Positions 63,255-64,000 of a DNA stretch of 64,000 bases are shown here, piece after piece; the stretch's first letter is position 1; the number at the start of each line of letters is the position of its first letter. A model generated the notes under the pieces. It had not been told where the DNA came from, did not search any database, and saw only the letters and a program-made list of their open reading frames with translations. The stretch comes from an uncultured Planctomycetota bacterium (GTDB lineage Bacteria; Planctomycetota; Planctomycetia; Isosphaerales; Isosphaeraceae): assembly GCA_963823665.1 (NCBI GenBank), contig CAWGMQ010000006.1, positions 256,001 to 320,000 on the forward strand, given 5' to 3'. Both the position numbers and the translations under genes were made by a program.

Positions 63255-64000
63255 CTATGGCGTGTACGAAACGCCGCGCGACTTGCTTATATTGACATTG
63301 CCCTCGGAGTTCACGGCGATCATGTTGGATTGCACCACGGTGCCGGTGCAGACGCCGGCGGCAAGGACGCCGAAGCCAGCGTTGCTGACGATCTGATTGC
63401 CGGCGCCGGAAGCGATTCCGCCGACAGTCGCATTGCGGGAACCAATGATCGTCACGCCGTCGCCGCCGTTGCTCATGATCTCATTGCCGGACAGCTTGTT
63501 GCCGCTCGAGGATCGCATCATCACGCCTGATCCGCCGCTGTCGTGGATGATATCCTGGAACGGGGCGGACGATCCGCCGATCGTCGTCGACGACGAACCC
63601 GGGCCCAGATAGATGCCGCCAAGCTGGTTGCCAAGGTCGCCGACCCCCAGATAATTCGTTCCGATATAGGTGTGAACGATCAGGTTATCGTGGGCGGAGC
63701 CGACGACCGCGATTCCGTACCCGTCGTTGTCCGAGATGGTGACTTGCGGCTCAACGGATGGCTGGAAGCCGCCGATTGCGTTACCGTGCGCCCGGCCGTC
63801 GATCTTGATTCCGTTCTCCAGGTTCGGGATTTCAAGGATTCCCGTATTCGTCACCTCCAGCCCAACCGTGGTGTCCGTCACCTGTACGCCGGTTGCGCTG
63901 CCGCCGAGCTCGATTCCGTTACGAAGATTGCCGTTAATCAAGCAGGTGCGTATCTGATTGTTGCCGCCGCTGGACGTGATCAGGATCCCATCGCCTTTGT
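63255..64000 (-). CDS. C-terminal part of a right-handed parallel beta-helix repeat protein (runs off the window edge)
   Basis: Repeated I.GN...GI, N.IGG, YIGTN..G...LGN..GGI, N.I..N...GV motifs. Confidence 0.75.
   Translation of the reverse strand, partial: KGDGILITSSGGNNQIRTCLINGNLRNGIELGGSATGVQVTDTTVGLEVTNTGILEIPNLENGIKIDGRAHGNAIGGFQPSVEPQVTISDNDGYGIAVVGSAHDNLIVHTYIGTNYLGVGDLGNQLGGIYLGPGSSSTTIGGSSAPFQDIIHDSGGSGVMMRSSSGNKLSGNEIMSNGGDGVTIIGSRNATVGGIASGAGNQIVSNAGFGVLAAGVCTGTVVQSNMIAVNSEGNVNISKSRGVSYTP

Overview
High-GC bacterial DNA, almost certainly Planctomycetota and probably Isosphaeraceae-like. The markers are DUF1559 x3, DUF1501, a PSD1/planctomycete cytochrome c protein, DUF4058, BlaI/M56, ECF sigma plus large Ser/Thr kinases, PEP-CTERM proteins and LExLExRxLL export motifs. 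About ten otherwise intact genes are split by single-base frameshifts, which looks like long-read indel error, so I joined them. No rRNA, tRNA, CRISPR array or transposase was seen. Two loci stand out. (1) At 34.6-44.9 kb is a four-gene co-directional module: cytoplasmic S8 protease, alpha/beta-hydrolase, stand-alone SIR2-type NADase, and a translationally coupled ~1990-aa nSTAND1-TM-WD40 NLR-like protein. It is a candidate immunity/programmed-death system. (2) At 11.6-15.2 kb is a class V lanthipeptide-like cluster (putative large-leader precursor, APH-fold kinase, HopA1 lyase-LanC fusion). Its LanC domain is shortened and has lost its Zn-ligand Cys/His motifs, and the precursor has no Cys but is His-rich with a Pro7 tract. 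The rest is peptidases, a GH31 glycosidase, transporters, two patches of toxin-antitoxin genes and gene fragments, and REP-like palindromes. All family assignments come from motif recognition, not database searches.
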